Positions 60,309 through 64,000 of a stretch of DNA of 64,000 nt are shown piece after piece. The DNA comes from Candidatus Uhrbacteria bacterium. Lineage in GTDB: Bacteria; Patescibacteriota; Patescibacteriia; JACPHY01. The stretch's first letter is position 1. Each line of letters starts with the position of its first letter. The notes beneath the pieces were generated by a model, which saw nothing but the letters and a program-made list of their open reading frames with translations, did no database searches and was not told the origin of the DNA. The stretch is from NCBI GenBank assembly GCA_016188355.1, contig JACPHY010000005.1, positions 7,389 through 71,388 on the forward strand, read 5' to 3'. Position numbers and translations under genes: made by a program.

Positions 60309-60398
60309 CAAACGTAGCAAGGGCGCATGGAGTCTGTCAATGGACCGGAATGCGCAACCACCACACCCTTGACGCGCACCGCGGTCGTTTGCTACGTT
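60309..60398. promoter_or_regulatory. divergent control region: inverted copies of CAAACGTAGCAAG overlapping a TTGACG-N18-TACGTT promoter
   Basis: Copy 1 is cCAAACGTAGCAAGGGCGC (60309-60326). Copy 2 is the reverse complement GTTTGCTACGTTGcgagcgc (60377-60396) and overlaps the -10 of the plus-strand promoter for the gene at 60493. Confidence 0.5.
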
Positions 60399-60492
60399 GC
60401 GAGCGCTCGTTCTCAATCTTGATGCCCCCTACCGTCCACCCACCCCGACGCCGGACGCGCTGCGTCCCGCGATCAAGCAAAGGAGAGCCACC

Positions 60493-61602
60493 GTGCACGA
60501 TTCCCAATCTCATCGCACCTACGCCTGCATCAGTCCCACGGGAGCGGTCCGCATCGGATCCGACCCCGTACCCACCGAGGGCACCTCCAATATCCTGCTC
60601 ACCATCGAAACCGCACATGCGGGGACTCCCACACCGGAGCAGCGCGCCGCGGTACAGCGCACGATGTCCTGGACTCTCACCCATGCCCTCGCAGGGATCG
60701 GCAACGCGCGCGGGTTGGACATTCCCGATGACACGGTCGTCACCGTACGCACGGCGGATACCGCACAAGGACCGGGCGCACAATTCCTGGCCTGTTACCG
60801 CGGCATGCATACGGATGGATTTCACATCCTCGATCGCCTCGGCAATGATGGCCAGCGCGCGCTCTCGCTCCTCCGACCGTCCGCGATCGATCAGATCCAC
60901 GCGCACACGGGAAGACACGGGATCCTCGACCTCGCGATCCTCGAGGCGGAGTCCGGAGAGCTCACCGTCGACGCATTCACCGCCCTCGCCGCGCATGCCG
61001 ATGAGGCGTTCGTTGCGGCTATCGCCGCACGCACGCTCGAGCTCGAACCCGTCCCCACTGCGCTCGCACTTGCCGCGCTGTCCCACATCTCGGATGCACC
61101 GATCCTCGAGCGATGCCGGCAACACCCCAATCCCGTCATTCGCCGCATCGCACTCACCCGATGCACGAATGTGGAAGAGCTCGTTGCGCAACTCTGTGCC
61201 ATCAACCGGACTGAGGCGTTCGAAAGCGACGGCGCAGCGATACTGCAACAGCTCCAGGCGATCAACCCATTGGCGATCATCCGCTTCCTCGTCCGAGTAC
61301 GGCCGCATTGGGAATCCCCGTTCTTCAATGGAGCGGATTGGCAGAGAAATGCGTCCATGTTCTACCTCGACCTCATCCGGCCGCTCCCACCGGAGCAGTG
61401 CATCGATATCGTGCGGTTCGCCAAGAACGAACGGGTGCTCACCGCCGCGCTCTACCATCTCCATACGCATCCCGAACTCATCGAGCAGCTCCTGCAGCGG
61501 AACGATCTCGACACCGAGCTCCGCAGGACCGTCGTGCTCGCGTTCGAACGATTCAATGCACCCCCAACGCCAATCGGCGGCGCGACCGTAACCGCTCCCT
61601 AA
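60493..61602 (+). CDS. hypothetical protein with C-terminal HEAT/PBS-lyase-like repeats
   Basis: AAGGAGAG SD and a GTG start. Repeats include HPNPVIRRIALTRCTNVEEL. The ORF on the opposite strand (60337..61620) was rejected as G/R/E-rich. Confidence 0.55.
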   Translation: MHDSQSHRTYACISPTGAVRIGSDPVPTEGTSNILLTIETAHAGTPTPEQRAAVQRTMSWTLTHALAGIGNARGLDIPDDTVVTVRTADTAQGPGAQFLACYRGMHTDGFHILDRLGNDGQRALSLLRPSAIDQIHAHTGRHGILDLAILEAESGELTVDAFTALAAHADEAFVAAIAARTLELEPVPTALALAALSHISDAPILERCRQHPNPVIRRIALTRCTNVEELVAQLCAINRTEAFESDGAAILQQLQAINPLAIIRFLVRVRPHWESPFFNGADWQRNASMFYLDLIRPLPPEQCIDIVRFAKNERVLTAALYHLHTHPELIEQLLQRNDLDTELRRTVVLAFERFNAPPTPIGGATVTAP

Positions 61603-61608
61603 ACACCG

Positions 61609-61638
61609 CGCCCACCGCACGCATATGTGCGGTGGGCG
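61609..61638. terminator. bidirectional rho-independent terminator
   Basis: CGCCCACCGCAC-gcatat-GTGCGGTGGGCG followed by TTTTCTGTTATT; between convergent genes. Confidence 0.75.
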
Positions 61639-61673
61639 TTTTCTGTTATTGCTTCGAACTCATGACCCGGCCA

Positions 61674-62024
61674 CTATGCTGCTCGCACGAGTCCCTGCAG
61701 CACCGTGTGCACGATCGCCAAGATGATCGCGAACACTATTGCCCACCAAAATCCGGAAACGCTAAACCCGGGTACCACCGCGCTGGCCAAAAGAATGAGC
61801 AGCGCGTTGAGTGCGAAGGTAAAGAGACCAAACGTGAGGACATTCAAAGGCAGGGTGAGCACGAGGAGCACCGGACGCACGAACGCATTCAAGAGACCAA
61901 TCACCAACGCGGTCCCCAGCGCCGCAAATGCACCGGAAACCCGGACACCTGGCAACACATACGCCGAAACCCCCACCGCGATCGCCATGATGATCCACTG
62001 TGTCAGGAGACGCATATATTGCAA
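61674..62024 (-). CDS. DUF360 / phage holin family IV-like membrane protein
   Basis: 116 aa, 4 TM; MQYMRLLTQWIIMAIAVGVSAYVLPGV...LLNAFVRPVLLVLTLPLNVLTFGLF matches the DUF360 pattern. Confidence 0.7.
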   Translation of the reverse strand: MQYMRLLTQWIIMAIAVGVSAYVLPGVRVSGAFAALGTALVIGLLNAFVRPVLLVLTLPLNVLTFGLFTFALNALLILLASAVVPGFSVSGFWWAIVFAIILAIVHTVLQGLVRAA

Positions 62025-62045
62025 AAAAGAATACCTAAATAGTAT

Positions 62046-62783
62046 TTACGCACGTTCTGGGGGCACAGTTGCATGAGGAGATGCCGCATCGGTTCCCAAC
62101 GCACATTCGAGCGCAGTAATCGTCAGGGGTCGCCAGGAACCTGGAGGGAGATCGCCGGGGAGCAGGAGGCCGCCCATGCGAATACGTCGGAGGCAGGTAA
62201 TGGGCACCCCGATCGCGGCGAACATCTTCCGCACCTCGTGTTTCTTCCCCTCGCGCACGGTCACATGCACGACCCCGCGGTGTATGGCAACGGCAACCGG
62301 GACCACACGCTCTCCCCCGATGCGCACGCCACGCCGCAAAGCGGCAAGCTGGGGTCCGGTCAATCGCTGCGCCGGGGTCACCGCATATTCCTTCTCAATG
62401 CCGTACCGAGGATGCGTCAATGCGAGCGTCCGGTCGCCATCATTCGTAAAGAGGAGCAGCCCCTCCGATTCTGTATCTAATCGTCCCACCGGCCACACCG
62501 CCGTCCGGAGCGCGGGCGGCAGGAGATCGTACACCGTCTTTCGTCCTTCCGGGTCATGTCGCGTGGTCACATACCCCCGCGGCTTATGGAGGAGGATACA
62601 GGTACGCACCGCCGACGGACGGACGATCGCGCCATCAACCTGCACGGTGTCCGCCTCCGAATCCACCTGCATGCCCACGAGCGCCCGTGCGCCATTCACA
62701 AACACGCGGCCGCTCGCAATGAGCGCTTCCGCGTGTCGACGTGATGCAATTCCGGCGTGGCTCAAAAATTTCTGGATACGCAT
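62046..62783 (-). CDS. pseudouridine synthase, RsuA/RluB family
   Basis: S4 domain MRIQKFLSHAGIASRRHAEALI followed by GRLDTESEGLLLFTNDG catalytic Asp motif. Internal start chosen. Confidence 0.85.
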   Translation of the reverse strand: MRIQKFLSHAGIASRRHAEALIASGRVFVNGARALVGMQVDSEADTVQVDGAIVRPSAVRTCILLHKPRGYVTTRHDPEGRKTVYDLLPPALRTAVWPVGRLDTESEGLLLFTNDGDRTLALTHPRYGIEKEYAVTPAQRLTGPQLAALRRGVRIGGERVVPVAVAIHRGVVHVTVREGKKHEVRKMFAAIGVPITCLRRIRMGGLLLPGDLPPGSWRPLTITALECALGTDAASPHATVPPERA

Positions 62784-62878
62784 GCGGACCCAGCATAGCG
62801 GATGCGCCCACGGAAGACAACTCCTCAAAAAACGAACAGCGGTCCGGGGGTACCGGACCGCTCTGCGATGGCGGGCGC

Positions 62879-63091
62879 CTAGCCGTAGTCTGGGATGTCG
62901 TGGTGCGCATGTCCGTCCGCACACCGGAACAGACGGGGGACTCCGCCGGGCGTGGTCGGTTTCCCGCACTTCGGGCACTTGCGCGGCAAGCGCATCACGT
63001 ACACACCCATTGCCGTGATCGCGACCGCTGTCAGCAGCATGATGCCGTAACCGAACCACTGCCCCACAACCTGATGCGTCATCGGATACAT
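62879..63091 (-). CDS. small membrane protein with C-terminal zinc ribbon (70 aa)
   Basis: GGAGGGAGG SD; TM helix GYGIMLLTAVAITAMGVYV, then CPKCGKP...CADGHAHHD. Confidence 0.45.
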   Translation of the reverse strand: MYPMTHQVVGQWFGYGIMLLTAVAITAMGVYVMRLPRKCPKCGKPTTPGGVPRLFRCADGHAHHDIPDYG

Positions 63092-63228
63092 CCTCCCTCC
63101 GGGTATTTTTCCGGAACAAAACAACACGCGACGCCCAGTGCATCGCATTATCCATGCTATCAAAAATTTTGCTGTCCGTCAATAAAAAAGAGGCGCCGCG
63201 ATGCATGGTGCATAACGGCGCCCATTCG

Positions 63229-63990
63229 TTACTCCGGATCGAACTGCCGCAAATCCTTCCCGATCTCCGCCTGCTGCCCCCACGTCAGCCGATCCCAGAA
63301 CCCGCACTCCGCCGTGGTGAGACGCGGCCCTTGCCGGTATGCCGGCAGCACGCGCATCCGGATCGTGTGCACCCACTCGAAGGGGAAGCACCAGGATTTC
63401 GACGGACGCTTCTCCTGCACCATCCGCAGCGCCTGCCGCGTGCCTCCCGTCGGCACAAACCAGAACACCGCGTCACCCACCGCAGCCGCCACCCGACCAT
63501 CGAGCCAGACGTCGAGCTCCGCTTGCGTCACCGACGGTTGCTGGTATCGTCGCGATCGCCGCCACGGTCGCGGCCGCTCCCGAAGGATACCATCCGCATC
63601 CACCAAGCATCGATCGTACGTTCGATGCAGGTCCTGCTCCGGCGCGACTTCCCCCAACAAATGTCGGTGCACCACCTGATGGCTCACGAGCGTCCGATCG
63701 TCGAACCGTTGGCGAATCTCCCGATACACCTCCGACCACGAACGACCCACACGCGACGTGAGATACCGCCACACCGGACGAAGTTTTTTCGTGTGCCGAT
63801 CCCACACATCCGTCCTCCGCTTCACCGCGGGAACCGATTGCTCCCAGTACACCTCCGGATCGCGGAGGCACTGCTGCGCGAACGCGCGTCCCTGACGCCG
63901 GATCCACGCATTCTGCCGTTTTCGCGCGCAACGGTACTCTTCCGTATTCCCTCCCTCGAGCACCGTCCGCGCGAGATGTTTCGTCGCCAT
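63229..63990 (-). CDS. hypothetical basic Trp-rich protein (253 aa)
   Basis: A perfect AGGAGG SD 4 nt before ATG (63990); unknown family. Confidence 0.5.
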   Translation of the reverse strand: MATKHLARTVLEGGNTEEYRCARKRQNAWIRRQGRAFAQQCLRDPEVYWEQSVPAVKRRTDVWDRHTKKLRPVWRYLTSRVGRSWSEVYREIRQRFDDRTLVSHQVVHRHLLGEVAPEQDLHRTYDRCLVDADGILRERPRPWRRSRRYQQPSVTQAELDVWLDGRVAAAVGDAVFWFVPTGGTRQALRMVQEKRPSKSWCFPFEWVHTIRMRVLPAYRQGPRLTTAECGFWDRLTWGQQAEIGKDLRQFDPE

Positions 63991-64000
63991 GACACCTCCT

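Noticed and set aside
60337-61620. 427-aa minus-strand ORF opposite the HEAT-repeat gene
   Set aside because: G/R/E/D-rich composition. The plus-strand frame has recognisable HEAT repeats, an SD and a terminator directly after its stop.
1-64000. tRNA, rRNA, CRISPR arrays, integrases or transposases
   Set aside because: No T-loop GGTTCGAATCC-type motifs were found on either strand. No direct-repeat/spacer periodicity and no rRNA-like stretches were seen. No recombinase or transposase motifs were recognised in any ORF.

Overview
This is a 64 kb window of high-GC (~65%) bacterial chromosome with tightly packed, often translationally coupled genes; ATGA stop/start overlaps are common. Because GC content is high, many long ORFs on the opposite strand of real genes are spurious and were rejected.

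**Housekeeping anchors**
- rpoB-rpoC, with no rplL upstream of rpoB.
- recA and ftsK.
- Purine genes purA, purC-like and rdgB, preceded by an unusual HisG-Nudix fusion.
- pyrC and pyrD-like.
- coaB and coaC as separate genes.
- An RsuA-type pseudouridine synthase.

**Accessory content**
- A polyprenyl-phosphate glycosylation trio: GT2, LAB_N and an ArnT-like GT (partial at the 5' edge).
- Two MacAB-like HlyD/ABC/FtsX efflux cassettes. One of them sits in an apparent operon with recA, an ECF sigma and an anti-sigma.
- A radical-SAM/SPASM protein next to an HFCD flavoprotein.
- A ~5.5 kb island between rpoB and ftsK. It opens with an AT-rich tract and a consensus sigma70 promoter, followed by a ~590-nt GC-rich structured leader. 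It encodes a zinc-ribbon/coiled-coil/RGG protein, small membrane peptides, a lipoprotein and a TraR/DksA zinc finger.

**Most notable locus (51.7-60.4 kb, minus strand)**
A ThiF-type E1, a JAB/MPN metallopeptidase and a cysteine-free 143-aa beta-grasp candidate sit between two ~1,000-aa paralogous proteins of unknown family. The N-terminal regions of these paralogs look like a UBC/E2 core. One paralog keeps an HP...C motif and the other has lost it. Both are preceded by the same AACGTA(G/C)CAAGG operator-like motif. This looks like a Bil/Bub-type ubiquitin-like conjugation (candidate antiphage) system with an undescribed architecture.

**Other observations**
- Several strong rho-independent terminators reuse identical stem sequences.
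- One gene is interrupted by a single in-frame TAG.
- No tRNA, rRNA, CRISPR array or integrase was recognised.

Coordinates I derived by reading the printed lines (terminators, promoters, motifs) may be off by 1-2 nt. CDS boundaries are anchored to the ORF track.
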